A stretch of 64,000 nt of DNA from an uncultured Deferribacteres bacterium (GTDB taxonomy: Bacteria; Zhuqueibacterota; JdFR-76; DREG01), in contig CAJVYQ010000022.1 of NCBI GenBank assembly GCA_913009825.1, forward strand, positions 3,870 to 67,869. Direction: 5' to 3'. The position numbers and the translations under genes were made by a program. The notes under the pieces are model-generated. The model made no database searches, was not told the DNA's origin, and worked only from the letters and a program-made list of their open reading frames with translations. Below, piece after piece: positions 37,674 through 48,231 of this stretch (positions within the stretch are counted from its first letter, which is position 1; the number at the start of each line of letters is the position of its first letter).

Positions 37674-39260
37674 TCAATTGCGACGACGATTCCGGTGGCT
37701 TCCCTGTTTTCTGTGTTTTGCCGGTGAACCTTTTTCTTTGCCGAATTTTCCTGTTGCCAGCGCTTTTTTTTGCTCTTCTCTGCCGCGGAATGTCTTTTCC
37801 ACAAAACAGGGTTCACCCGTGAACGGATCCCGCTCCGTCCAGTACATCACAGAAGAATAAGTAGACGGCGTGGGAGTAAATATTTGCACCTGCCGGGGTA
37901 CAAGTTTCAGGTTTTTAAGTGCGAAAGTTTTTAATGCGGTCATATCGGCAAACATACAGCCGGGATGTGCCGCGATGATGTAGTAAGTGAGAAACTGATC
38001 TTTTCCCGCCTCTTTCGTCAATCTGAAAAATAGTTCACGGAATTGCAATAAAATGTCCGCACCCGGTTTGCCCATCTTTTCCAGAACATGGCCTTCCGTG
38101 TGTTCGGGCGCTATTTTCATCTGACCGGAAACATGATGCCGGACTACTTCCCGGAGATATTTTTCACCGTTTTTTTCATCTGCCAAAATCATATCATGGC
38201 GGATGCCGGATGCAACCACCACTTTGCGAACACCTTTTATTTTGCGCAACTTTTGCAGAAGAGAAATTTGCCGATTATGATTGATGGGCAGTAGAGAGCA
38301 CATTTGGGGGTAAACACATCGCTTTTTAGCACAAACACCTTTTTTTAATTTTTTATCGCATTCGAAACCATACATGTTTGCCGTCGGCCCGCCAACATCA
38401 TGGATGGTGCCTTTGAATTTGGCATGTACAGCGATCTGTTTCGCTTCGGCAAGAATGGAATCATGACTGCGCCACCGCACAGTCCGGCCTTCGTGAACGG
38501 CGATAGCGCAAAAGTTGCATTCTCCGTAACAGCCGCGGTGAGCGGCAATGGAAAAACGGATGGTTTCCAACGCTTTTACGTCCTCCGGTTTTCCGTAGTA
38601 CGGATGGAGCTCCCGCTCGAAATTCAGGTTGTAAACGGCATCCAGTTCTTCGCCGGAAAGATAAACGGCGGGAGGATTTTGAATCAGGTAGCGGGAATCC
38701 TGTTTTTGTGCCAGCCTTTCAGCGGTGAGGGGATCGGTATTGCGATAAAAAAGATGGAACATTTCGGTAAACGCATTTTTATCAGCAGCAGCTTCCTGAA
38801 ATGAAGGCAATTTGATGCAGTTTTCCGGGATTTCCTTTGCAGCGTAACACAGGCCGTTCACCGTACGCGGGTCCCGGGAGTTTTTGAGTGCGTCTGCTAA
38901 TTGAACCACGGAACGTTCGGCCATACCATAAAGGAGATAGTCGGCTTTGGCATCGAACAGAATCGATTTTCTGATCTTATCGGACCAGAAATCGTAATGG
39001 GCAATTCGCCGTAAACTGGTTTCTATGCCGCCCAATACAATGGGTTTTGTATTTTTAAAATAGCGCCGGATCAGATTGCTGTAAACTATAACCGCACGGT
39101 CCGGCCGCCGGTTATTTTTACCTCCGGGAGTGTAATCGTCCCGCTTTCTTCTTTTCCCCCCGGCAGTGCGGTTGGCAACCATGGAATCGATGCAGCCGCC
39201 GGTGACGCCCCAGAATAGCCGGGGTTCGCCCAAACGGGTGATATCGGCAGCCGAAGTCAC
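37674..39260 (-). CDS. YgiQ-family radical SAM protein
   Basis: CxxxCxxC cluster (RGCYGECNFCAI) embedded in a YgiQ/UPF0313-like N-terminal domain; characteristic basic C-terminal tail (KHRKQGSHRNRRRN). Confidence 0.8.
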   Translation of the reverse strand: MTSAADITRLGEPRLFWGVTGGCIDSMVANRTAGGKRRKRDDYTPGGKNNRRPDRAVIVYSNLIRRYFKNTKPIVLGGIETSLRRIAHYDFWSDKIRKSILFDAKADYLLYGMAERSVVQLADALKNSRDPRTVNGLCYAAKEIPENCIKLPSFQEAAADKNAFTEMFHLFYRNTDPLTAERLAQKQDSRYLIQNPPAVYLSGEELDAVYNLNFERELHPYYGKPEDVKALETIRFSIAAHRGCYGECNFCAIAVHEGRTVRWRSHDSILAEAKQIAVHAKFKGTIHDVGGPTANMYGFECDKKLKKGVCAKKRCVYPQMCSLLPINHNRQISLLQKLRKIKGVRKVVVASGIRHDMILADEKNGEKYLREVVRHHVSGQMKIAPEHTEGHVLEKMGKPGADILLQFRELFFRLTKEAGKDQFLTYYIIAAHPGCMFADMTALKTFALKNLKLVPRQVQIFTPTPSTYSSVMYWTERDPFTGEPCFVEKTFRGREEQKKALATGKFGKEKGSPAKHRKQGSHRNRRRN

Positions 39261-39536
39261 ATTCGGTTGGGCGATAATGCCAACACGGTAACCGGCATGG
39301 AGAAGAACCTTACCGATGACTGCAACTCCGATAAACGGCGAATCGATGTAACTGTCACCGGTTATCAGGATGATGTCAAACCGGTTCCAGCCGTATTTTT
39401 TCAGTTCTTCTCTTGTGGTCGGTAGAAAAATAAAATGACTCCGGTTTACTTTGACAACATCTTCCTTATTATTTATTCCGGAAAATTCCGCTTGCCTCCA
39501 AGCATTTTTACCATTGCACCCAAAAGGTTCAGAAAC

Positions 39537-39878
39537 TCACTTCCTTATATTTACAGGGTACGCTTCCAGGCCGGCTTTCATTGCTCCTTCCACAGTGCCG
39601 TCGACATGTTCCACACCGGGGAAGAACCATTCATCGGGATCATATTTTTCCCGGCTCCATCTGAAAATGGCAAAATCCCATTTATTCATTTTACCGGTAT
39701 AGGTGAGATGACAGATCTGATCGGGCCGGCCGGTTTCATCCCGGTCGAGATAAAGATATTTTCCTCTGTATCGCGCGGAATAGCGGCAATTCTTGTTTTT
39801 CAAATGTTCTTTGTTAAATTTTTTGATAATCTTTTCCACTTTTTGTTTAATGCCATCCGGAATTGGTTTTTCTTGCAT
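39537..39878 (-). CDS. Hypothetical protein (113 aa)
   Basis: Clean ORF on the minus strand; the overlapping + strand ORF (39435-39890) has no domain and is taken as its shadow. Confidence 0.5.
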   Translation of the reverse strand: MQEKPIPDGIKQKVEKIIKKFNKEHLKNKNCRYSARYRGKYLYLDRDETGRPDQICHLTYTGKMNKWDFAIFRWSREKYDPDEWFFPGVEHVDGTVEGAMKAGLEAYPVNIRK

Positions 39879-39917
39879 GGTTTCTCCTAGGTAATCAGAT
39901 TTTATTTTTGATCTGCC

Positions 39918-40142
39918 TTATTTTTCAGGAAATTTGCCGCCGGCCACGTCTTTAATGAAATCGATAACGCCGTTCATAAAAACTTCCTGATCGTCCCACA
40001 TGTCGAGATGGCTGCCGTTGGGGCAATACAGGGATCGGCCGTTTTGCACTAGTTTGCTCATCTCTTCCATCTCTTCAGGATTCATGGTGTCGTGGCCGGC
40101 CCCGCCGTGCAACAACAGGACTTTAACGGGACTGTTGCCGAA
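39918..40142 (-). pseudogene. Alpha/beta-hydrolase C-terminal fragment
   Basis: Translation ...VKVLLLHGGAGHDTMNPEEMEEMSKLVQNGRSLYCPNGSHLDMWDDQEVFMNGVIDFIKDVAGG resembles the last ~70 aa of alpha/beta hydrolases including the catalytic His region; upstream frame closed by stop codons. Confidence 0.45.
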
Positions 40143-40240
40143 CGGTTTCTATCTGTGTCAACGGTTTTTCAGAAAGGGTTACAATTTAGTTTTTTGAAAA
40201 ATTTTATCAAACTCCTATTTAAAGTGCTGAAATCATAGTT

Positions 40241-40314
40241 GGAGGAAGAAACCTCCCCCGGCTCCTTCTTTATTAAGGAGGGGAAATTCCTCCCCTTCCC
40301 AAGGGGAGGTTAGG
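40241..40314. repeat. GC-rich nested palindromic element
   Basis: Complementary pairs GGAGGAAG/CTCCTTC, CTCCCCC/GGAGGGG and a perfect 9-bp stem CCTCCCCTT-CCC-AAGGGGAGG. Confidence 0.4.
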
Positions 40315-40704
40315 ATGAGTTGTAACATATTTTTCAATGAACTAAAGTGTTACCGGAAAGGTTGTTTTTTGCGGGATATTTTTCTCCTGGACAGTAATAT
40401 TTTTATCATCAGAAAGACAAACAAAATAATGATCCCGCCGTTGATCAAATCTCCCCGCCGTTGCGCTTTGCGCATCTGCTCTGCGTGAAATTTCAGCAAG
40501 TCCAATTGAACGGAGATTCTTTCTTGCTCCCGGCTCAGCGAATCCAATTTTTTACTGATTATTTTACTTTTAGAGTGGGAGCCGCGCACCGTCTCCGGGT
40601 TTTGCGCGCCCGGCGTATCGGTTGTTGGCAGTAAAATTGTGTCCATCGGTTTCAAATTGAAAAGACCCTGAATTTTTTTTAAATTCCCGGTTGAGCAAAT
40701 CATT

Positions 40705-41055
40705 TTGTAACTATTCAGCTCACGTCTGTCCGACACAGGCAGAAAGCGCACGAAACAATCGAATGATCTCATCTAACTTTTTTCCTGTTTTATTTTTGTG
40801 TCTTTCGCGGGCTGCCTGAGTAGTGACAATACCGTAACACTTTAGTTTTTTGAACAAATCCGCTTCCTCTGCGCTCTCTGCGTCTCTGCGTTTTAAAGCG
40901 TCTGTTTTTTTAACGCAGAGACGCAGAGGGCGCAGAGAAATTGAAAAGATCGTCTGCTTATTCAGCCCGCGAATTACACGAAATCATACGAATAGGACAA
41001 AATAGTTAACGATTCGCGTTTTTTAGCGATATTAGCGGGCAACCTGAATAGTTAC
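40705..41055. repeat. MITE-like element, ~350 bp, copy 2 (ends TTGTAACTATTCAG ... CTGAATAGTTAC)
   Basis: Near-identical to 33860-34209; perfect 12-bp terminal inverted repeats in this copy. Confidence 0.8.
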
Positions 41056-41358
41056 ATCATTTTATTTATTTATGAATTTATTTTGCGTGCTAAACCGGAG
41101 ACAGCCTGTTTTGAGCATCATTACCTTTTGCCCGGCAGAACCCAATTTTCAGCGCTCAATTCATAAATAAAAAATAATAAAAATTATTTCGGTCAAACGC
41201 AATGGAAATATTGAAAAATTTGCAACTGTTCAGAGGAATGCAAACGGAAGCTAAAAGCGCTGTAAACAGGGCCGGTTCAGCGAATCGACCGACAAATCCT
41301 CTATTCGGGATCTGGTGTATTTTATGCGTTGCATGATTCCCAATCCGGATTATTTAGA

Positions 41359-41487
41359 CCTGAATTGAGCGATTGTAGGGCGATTCGCCTGTCTGCACAG
41401 GCAGGCTGAATCGCCAGACGTATTTGTATTAAAAATGAAAATCCGTTTAGTAACAAAAACAAGGTCAAAAACAAGAGAATCGCTCAA
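41359..41487. repeat. Family-B MITE-like element with 17-bp terminal inverted repeats (CCTGAATTGAGCGATTG ... GAATCGCTCAATTCAGG)
   Basis: Ends and internal GGCGATTCGCCTGTCTGCACAGGCAGGCTGAATCGCC hairpin read directly; same core as 10333-10390 and, inverted, 56850-56911. Confidence 0.7.
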
Positions 41488-41796
41488 TTCAGGTTAGATA
41501 TAACAAGTTAAGCTGTTGTTGGTAAAAAACAAATTTCTAAACGCAGAGTTCCCCAGGAACGTAGTGAATAGCAATTTCCCTTTTCCGGTAATTTCTGGTT
41601 TACAGCTATCTCTGATTGGAATAAACAGGTAAGATTTTCTCTGCGTATCTCTACGGACTCTGCGTTCATTATTTTTCTGAATCGTTCCGGCCAAATTAAT
41701 AAAATGGCCTCGGCAAGCCTGTACTTGATTTTTCCCATATTTTCCCCTAAATTGTAAAATAAAAATAGATACTTAAACCATTTTATAGGAAATTTT

Positions 41797-43167
41797 ATGC
41801 CGGACCTGTTTAATTCCGCGCCATCAAAAATAAAAAACGAAAATAAGCCAACGGAGCGGCTATCTCAACCGTTGGCAGACCGGATGCGTCCACAGAATAT
41901 GACGGAAATTGTCGGGCAGGATCATATTTTGGGCAAGGGGAAAATTCTGCGCCGGGCGATTGAAAAGGATCAACTGTTTTCCATGATATTCTGGGGGCCG
42001 CCCGGTGTGGGGAAAACGACCCTGGCAAGAGCCGTTGCCAATGAAACCCGCAGTGTGTTTTATTCTTTCAGCGCCGTAACCGCCGGTGTTAAAGAAGTAC
42101 GACAAGCGTTGGAAAAAGCAAAGTTTAATCTGCAAAAATTACGCAAACGGACGGTGTTGTTCATCGATGAGATTCATCGTTTCAACAAAGCGCAGCAGGA
42201 TGCGCTGCTGCACGAGGTGGAAGACGGCACTATTTACCTGTTTGGCGCCACAACCGAAAATCCTTCTTTTGAAGTGATTGTGCCTCTTTTGTCCCGGTGC
42301 CGTGTGTTTCAGTTGAATCCTCTGAATGATGCTGCTGTTCTGGCACTTTTAGACCGTGCTGTAGCGGAAGATGTCCATCTTGCCGAAAAAGAGATTGAAT
42401 TTGTCTCCACTGCGAAAAAGTTGCTGGTACAGTTTGCCTCCGGCGATGCGCGGATGGCGTTGAATGCGCTGGAACTGGCGGTAAAAATCTGTGCGCCGGA
42501 TAAAAGCGGAAATATAAAAATCACACCGGAAATTGTTACGGAAGCATTTCAAAGCAAGGCGCTGTTTTACGATAAAAAAGGGGAGTACCATTACGATGTT
42601 ATTTCCGCCTTCATCAAAAGTATCCGCGGGTCCGATCCGGATGCGGCGCTGTACTGGTTGGCGCGTATGATCCATGCCGGCGAGGACGCCAAATTTATCG
42701 CCAGAAGGATGGTTATTCTGGCTTCGGAGGACATCGGCAATGCAGACCCGCAGGCGCTGGTAGTGGCGACTTCCGGCTTTACCGCTGTAAATTATATCGG
42801 CATGCCGGAGGGACAATTGGTGCTGGCACAGGTTGCCACTTACCTGGCTTCTGCGCCCAAAAGCAACGCCTCCTATCTGGGAATCAAACAGGCGTTGGCG
42901 GATATCAAAAATGAAAAAATGCAGCCTGTGCCGCTGCATATCAGAAATGCGCCAACCGGTTTGATGGCTGAGTTGGGTTACGGTAAAGAGTACAAATACC
43001 CTCACGATTACGACGGTCATTTTGTGGAACAAAATTATCTGCCCGAGGGAATAAAGGATAAAATCTATTACAACCCTGCATCACAGGGATATGAAAAAAA
43101 ATTGAAAGAATATTTAGCGTGGATATGGAAAAAGAGAAAGGAAAAAGATACTGACGATGACAAATGA
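41797..43167 (+). CDS. rarA: Replication-associated recombination protein A (AAA+ ATPase)
   Basis: Walker A GPPGVGKTT, Walker B LFIDEIHRF, sensor and C-terminal MgsA/RarA-specific region. Confidence 0.9.
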   Translation: MPDLFNSAPSKIKNENKPTERLSQPLADRMRPQNMTEIVGQDHILGKGKILRRAIEKDQLFSMIFWGPPGVGKTTLARAVANETRSVFYSFSAVTAGVKEVRQALEKAKFNLQKLRKRTVLFIDEIHRFNKAQQDALLHEVEDGTIYLFGATTENPSFEVIVPLLSRCRVFQLNPLNDAAVLALLDRAVAEDVHLAEKEIEFVSTAKKLLVQFASGDARMALNALELAVKICAPDKSGNIKITPEIVTEAFQSKALFYDKKGEYHYDVISAFIKSIRGSDPDAALYWLARMIHAGEDAKFIARRMVILASEDIGNADPQALVVATSGFTAVNYIGMPEGQLVLAQVATYLASAPKSNASYLGIKQALADIKNEKMQPVPLHIRNAPTGLMAELGYGKEYKYPHDYDGHFVEQNYLPEGIKDKIYYNPASQGYEKKLKEYLAWIWKKRKEKDTDDDK

Positions 43168-44125
43168 TTTTAAAGTAATTGGTATTGACCTTGGCGGTAC
43201 GAATTTGAAATATGGGATTTTTACACCATCCGGGGAGTTGGACAATTTGGCATACCGTCCGGCAGAGGCACAACGGGGGCCGGAGCGTGTCATTGAAAAG
43301 ATAATCGATTCTATTGATCAAACTCTTACCGGTTCGGAAGGAAAGAGTATTTCCGGTATTGGCGTCGGCGTGCCGGGTCAGGTGGACCGAATAACCGGCG
43401 TGGTGCGGAACCCGCCGAATTTCCCGGGCTGGGAAAGTGAAAACCTGCGGGAGATTATTGAAAGAAAGTTCGATTTACCCACATATATCGACAACGATGC
43501 AAATGCAGCTGCTCTGGGCGAAAGCGTTTGGGGAGGAGGAAAAAATTCCCGCTATTTTGCTTTAATTACACTGGGCACCGGAGTCGGTTGTGGCCTGATT
43601 TTGGACAATAAAGTTTATCACGGTGTCACCGGAGCGGCCGGCGAATTTGGCCACACCGTCATCAAATATGACGGTCCGGTTTGTCTGTGCGGGCAGCGCG
43701 GCTGCATTGAACGATATGTCGGCGCGCAGTGGATTGTGAAACGGGCTGTCAACCATTTGTCAAACTATCCGGAATCCGCCCTCGGCCGGTACGTTCGGGG
43801 GGAGAAAGTTTCTCCCAAAGTCATTTCCAGGCTGGCCAATGAGGGGGATTGTTTGTGCCGGCGAGTCATAGAAGATACGGGTGATTTTTTGGGTATTGCA
43901 CTTGGCTCACTTGTAAATCTGTTGAATCCGGATCTTATTTTGATTGGCGGCGGTGTTGCCAATGCCGGCACATTGTTATTTGATGCCGCCGGGAGATCTC
44001 TGCGAAAATTTTCATTGCCGGTCCCACGGGCAACCGTTAAAATTGAACACGCTGTTTTGGGAGAAAATGCCGGGGTGATCGGCGCTGCCCAGTTGGCAAT
44101 CGACAACCTCAAAAATTCCGTATGA
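43157..44125 (+). CDS. ROK-family sugar kinase (glucokinase-like)
   Basis: ATP-binding IGIDLGGTN; ROK zinc motif GHTVIKYDGPVCLCGQRGCIERY; start overlaps rarA by 11 bp. Confidence 0.8.
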   Translation: MTNDFKVIGIDLGGTNLKYGIFTPSGELDNLAYRPAEAQRGPERVIEKIIDSIDQTLTGSEGKSISGIGVGVPGQVDRITGVVRNPPNFPGWESENLREIIERKFDLPTYIDNDANAAALGESVWGGGKNSRYFALITLGTGVGCGLILDNKVYHGVTGAAGEFGHTVIKYDGPVCLCGQRGCIERYVGAQWIVKRAVNHLSNYPESALGRYVRGEKVSPKVISRLANEGDCLCRRVIEDTGDFLGIALGSLVNLLNPDLILIGGGVANAGTLLFDAAGRSLRKFSLPVPRATVKIEHAVLGENAGVIGAAQLAIDNLKNSV

Positions 44126-46692
44126 AACGGTTCAAACCAAATATTCTTTTCATTTTGTTGGTTTACAGCTCAACTACACTTTCGCTTTACGCCCGGCAAG
44201 CAAAAACAGATACTCTGAAAAATTATTCCATCGTGCAACATACCGATCTGGACACAACTATCTTTTATCAGGCGCAGCAAAAGGAGATCGATGTAAAAAC
44301 AAAAATAACCCGTCTGATCGGTCAGGCGGAAGTAACTTATCGGAATATGCGACTTACCGCCGGACTGATTACCATCGATTGGGATAAAAATTTGCTCATT
44401 GCCGAAACATTACCGGACAGTCTGGCAGCCGAGGATTCGGTGCGGAAGGACAGCTCGTCGCTGGGCTATCCCACGGTCACAGAAGGCGGACAAACCATGA
44501 CAGGGGAGAAGATGTTCTTCAATTTTAAAACCAAAAAAGCCCGGATCATCCGCGGCAGAACCCAGTTTCAGGAAGGATATTACAGCGGCAAGCGGATCAA
44601 AAAAGTGAGAGAGGGTGTGTACTATGTGAAGGACGGCATGTTTACCACCTGTGATCTGGATACTCCCCATTATCATTTTGCCATTAAACAGATGGAAATG
44701 ATTTATAAGGATAAAGTGATTGCTAAACCGGTTATTTTTTATATACATAATATTCCGGTTGCCGTTTTGCCGTTTGCGGTGTTTCCCAATCGCAAGGGAC
44801 GGCATTCCGGCATATTGGTGCCCCGCTACGGCCAAAGTTACACCGAGGGCAGATACCTGCGCGGGTTGGGATACTACTGGGCGGCAAGCCAATACTGGGA
44901 CACTAAGCTGGAGATGGATTTTTTTGAGAAAACCGGTTTCATGTTTCACAGCACTACTAATTATGCCGTGCGTTACTTGCTGCGCGGCACGGTTTCAGGG
45001 TCTTTGCTGCGCAAAAGTTTTAGCGGAGAGAAGCAATCCCGCTGGGATTTAACTTTCAATCATTCGCAAACGTTGTCGCAAACTATGAATATTTCCGCGT
45101 ATGGTTCCTTTGTCAGCGATGGGAATTATTACAACGATTTCAGCGGCAACCGGGCACAGCGGTTACAGCGGGAGATGCGCTCCAATGCAACCCTCACTAA
45201 AAGCTGGCCGGGATCAAAAAACAGCGTGACTGTTAATGTTTCCCGCAGCCAGTATCTGGACACCGGAAGTTGGCGGGAGACGTTGCCGCAGGTAAATTTC
45301 CGGCACGGGCAGGAGGCGCTGATCAATCTGTTCCGGTCGAAAAAATCACGTAAATCTTCCTCTTTCGACCGGCATTGGTATGAAAACATCTATTTTTCTT
45401 TGAATTCACGAATGTTGAACACCCGCGCCAGCACACGTAGCAGCAAAGATGCTCCGTTTCAAAATTTAAAATATTTTGGTATGAACCATCGCATTACCGT
45501 TAACAGTCCCTTTCGTTTGTTCCGGTATTTTACGTTCAGCCAGAATTTAAGCTACGCCGAATTATGGCAGGATCGCAGTAAAAAATATTCTTTGAACCGT
45601 GAAACCAACCGGATCGAGTCGGAAGATAAACCGGGTTTTGCCGCGCGCCGGACTTTTAACCTGTCTGTCAGCGCCAACACAAAAATTTACGGCATTTTCC
45701 CGGTGAACCGCTGGAGCATCATCGGATTTCGTCATGTCATCACGCCCAATGTTTCCCTTGGGTTTCAGCCGGATTTTTCGGACCCTGTTTTCGGCTATTA
45801 CCAGGAGATTGAAGATACCACCGGACGGGTTTACAAGCGAGACCGTTTTACAGGCGGACAATTTGGCGCCACTCCTTCCACCGGTCGCCACAGTCTCAGC
45901 TTTAATGTGAATAACCTGTTTCAGATGAAACGGCTGGTTGACGGGAAGGAGAAAAAAACGGATCTGTTCACTTACAACCTATCGTCCAATTATAATTTTG
46001 AACTCGATTCACTGCGATTCGCCCCGTTGTCCTCCTCTTTGCGGGCCAGCCCCAGCCGGATTTTCAATTTCACCATCAATATGTCGCACACTTTTTATAA
46101 ATATGATTTGACGGCCAAACGACAGACCGGTCAATCCCTTGCGTCCGAAAATCTCTGGCATCCGTTACGTTTAACCAACCTGACGTTAAGCTCTTCGCTG
46201 CGTCTCACCAACAAATTATTTGAATTTGGCAAAAAAGCCGTTTCCACCAAAGGTTCGGAAACAGACACGACGGCCGGAGAATTTGTAGAACCGGTGGGTG
46301 GGAATTTCGCTGCCGGTAACCGCTTTGAAAACAGCGGCCGATGGACTTCTGAAAAAATTCCCTGGACAGCCAATTTTTCGTTTAGTTACAATGAAAGACG
46401 GTTCAACCCGGAAAAGGTTATAAAAAGTATATGGCTCAATCTGGACGGGAATTTAAAGCTGACAAAAAAGTGGCGTATTCAGTATCACGCCAGAATGGAT
46501 TTGAAGAAGAAATCGCTCATCTCCCAGGATTTTCGTATTTACCGCGACCTGCATTGCTGGGAAGCGAGCTTTACCTGGACGCCCACCGGGCCGTATAAAC
46601 GGTATTATTTACGCATCAACATCAAATCCAGCATGCTGAAGGATATTAAGCTGGAAAAGCGGGGAGGGCGCGGGTCTATTTTTGGTTATTAG
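44122..46692 (+). CDS. Large outer-membrane protein, putative LPS-assembly protein LptD (OstA-like)
   Basis: Signal peptide, N-terminal OstA-like region, then ~650 aa of amphipathic beta-strand pattern ending in aromatic residues; ATGA overlap with the upstream gene. Confidence 0.55.
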   Translation: MKRFKPNILFILLVYSSTTLSLYARQAKTDTLKNYSIVQHTDLDTTIFYQAQQKEIDVKTKITRLIGQAEVTYRNMRLTAGLITIDWDKNLLIAETLPDSLAAEDSVRKDSSSLGYPTVTEGGQTMTGEKMFFNFKTKKARIIRGRTQFQEGYYSGKRIKKVREGVYYVKDGMFTTCDLDTPHYHFAIKQMEMIYKDKVIAKPVIFYIHNIPVAVLPFAVFPNRKGRHSGILVPRYGQSYTEGRYLRGLGYYWAASQYWDTKLEMDFFEKTGFMFHSTTNYAVRYLLRGTVSGSLLRKSFSGEKQSRWDLTFNHSQTLSQTMNISAYGSFVSDGNYYNDFSGNRAQRLQREMRSNATLTKSWPGSKNSVTVNVSRSQYLDTGSWRETLPQVNFRHGQEALINLFRSKKSRKSSSFDRHWYENIYFSLNSRMLNTRASTRSSKDAPFQNLKYFGMNHRITVNSPFRLFRYFTFSQNLSYAELWQDRSKKYSLNRETNRIESEDKPGFAARRTFNLSVSANTKIYGIFPVNRWSIIGFRHVITPNVSLGFQPDFSDPVFGYYQEIEDTTGRVYKRDRFTGGQFGATPSTGRHSLSFNVNNLFQMKRLVDGKEKKTDLFTYNLSSNYNFELDSLRFAPLSSSLRASPSRIFNFTINMSHTFYKYDLTAKRQTGQSLASENLWHPLRLTNLTLSSSLRLTNKLFEFGKKAVSTKGSETDTTAGEFVEPVGGNFAAGNRFENSGRWTSEKIPWTANFSFSYNERRFNPEKVIKSIWLNLDGNLKLTKKWRIQYHARMDLKKKSLISQDFRIYRDLHCWEASFTWTPTGPYKRYYLRINIKSSMLKDIKLEKRGGRGSIFGY

Positions 46693-47275
46693 GGGAACGG
46701 ACGATGTAGCCGCGTTCTTTCAGCTTTTTCTTGAGCATTTCCCGGGCGCGGAATATTCTTGCTTTAACTGTGCCGATGGGAACCTGTAAAATGGCGCTGA
46801 TCTCTTCGTACGATTTATCCTCTTTATGACGCATATTGATGACAGAACGGTATTTTTCCGGCAGGGTCTCGATGGCGCCTAAGATTATGGATGTGCTTTC
46901 GCTGGAAATAGCAGATTGTTCCGGTGTGTAGTGTTTATCGGCAAATTCCCTGTTTACCTCGCCGTTTTTTGTCTTCACCGGGGAGTCTAAAGAATATGTG
47001 CTCAGTTTCCTTTTCCTAAGTGTGTCGATACAGTTATTGGTGGCGATTTTGAACAACCAGGTGGAAAATGCGAATTCTTCATTGAAGGTATGTAATGCGT
47101 TGAAGGCTTTGATGAATGTTTCCTGCAGAATATCTTCCGCTTCCTGCCGGTTTTCAATCATACGGTAGATTAAATTGTATACGCTGCCGCGATATTTTTT
47201 CACTAATTCATCGTATGCTTTCTGGTCGCCCTGCAGAGCGGTATGGATCAGTATTCGATCGACTTCGTGAATCAC
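46676..47275 (-). CDS. ECF-type RNA polymerase sigma factor (sigma-70 family)
   Basis: Region 2 (DILQETFIKAF...FSTWLFKIATNNCID) and region 4 HTH (EEISAILQVPIGTVKARIFRAR). Confidence 0.85.
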   Translation of the reverse strand: MIHEVDRILIHTALQGDQKAYDELVKKYRGSVYNLIYRMIENRQEAEDILQETFIKAFNALHTFNEEFAFSTWLFKIATNNCIDTLRKRKLSTYSLDSPVKTKNGEVNREFADKHYTPEQSAISSESTSIILGAIETLPEKYRSVINMRHKEDKSYEEISAILQVPIGTVKARIFRAREMLKKKLKERGYIVRSPNNQK

Positions 47276-47822
47276 AAATCACCTGTTGTTTAGCGTATGT
47301 GAATGATTTGAGCTAAATGATAATGTAAATATTTATGTTTTTATTTTTAATAAGACAAACAGGATTCAACCCGGATAATTCGTGAATTTTTGCCACAAAG
47401 GCACCAAGCCACTAAGAATAGAAAAATTAAAATCACTTAATGTCTTAAACTTAATTTTATTCTAATGTTATCTCATATAACATCTTGTTTTATTTGATTT
47501 TTGTGCCTTTGTGGCCAATGAATTTCTCAGGTTAAAAGATTTTTTATCCTGTGCATCCTGCTAATCCCACCAAATAAAGAGTAGCACCGGAAATTATTTT
47601 TTTAGAAATGTGCCGCTAAGCGATAACAAAACAAAATAATCATTTTCCCGGCATGAACTTAATTTAAACGTTTCCTCACTTTTTAGCAAGTATAAAATCG
47701 TTGCAAATCATGTTTAAATTCTTTATTATTTCTCTGACTTAAGCTGCCGGCTGCTTACTGAAAAGGAATTGGCTGACGACTAACGGCGTTTATTGATTAC
47801 CGATTTAAGGAAAACGCATAGC

Positions 47823-48194
47823 ATGCTTGGCGTGGGAATTGATATTTCGGAAGTAGACCGCATACGGAAAATCACCAACCGTTTCGGGAAGCGATTTCTT
47901 GATCGTATTTACACGCCGGGGGAACTTGAATATTGCTCCATTTCCGGTAGCGGCCGTTACCGTTTCACGTCTCTTGCCGCCCGGTTTGCGGCAAAGGAAG
48001 CTTTTTACAAAGCTGCATTTCCCCTGTTGCGGCATGCAATCTTATGGCACGCCTGTGAAGTGATCAACGATACCGATGGTGTGCCGCAAATGAAAATTGC
48101 AGAAAATATTTTAAAGGAACTTCATTCGCAAAAAATTCATGTTTCCCTGTCTCACAGCGACCGGTACGCGGTGGCAATTGTGATGATCGAATAA
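47823..48194 (+). CDS. acpS: Holo-ACP synthase (4'-phosphopantetheinyl transferase)
   Basis: MLGVGIDISEVDRI...FAAKEAFYKA...VSLSHSDRYAVAIV matches AcpS across its length. Confidence 0.85.
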   Translation: MLGVGIDISEVDRIRKITNRFGKRFLDRIYTPGELEYCSISGSGRYRFTSLAARFAAKEAFYKAAFPLLRHAILWHACEVINDTDGVPQMKIAENILKELHSQKIHVSLSHSDRYAVAIVMIE

Positions 48195-48231
48195 ATATTG
48201 GAAATTTTGGCGGAAAAGGAGAGAAGATACA

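Noticed and set aside
40350-40772. 140-aa minus-strand ORF partly overlapping the 350-bp MITE copy
   Set aside because: Its 5' portion is inside the repeat element; a shorter version starting at 40646 (membrane-anchored coiled-coil protein) is possible but unsupported, so not listed.
42349-43032. 227-aa minus-strand ORF
   Set aside because: Entirely antisense to rarA, whose AAA+ motifs are unambiguous; no motifs of its own.
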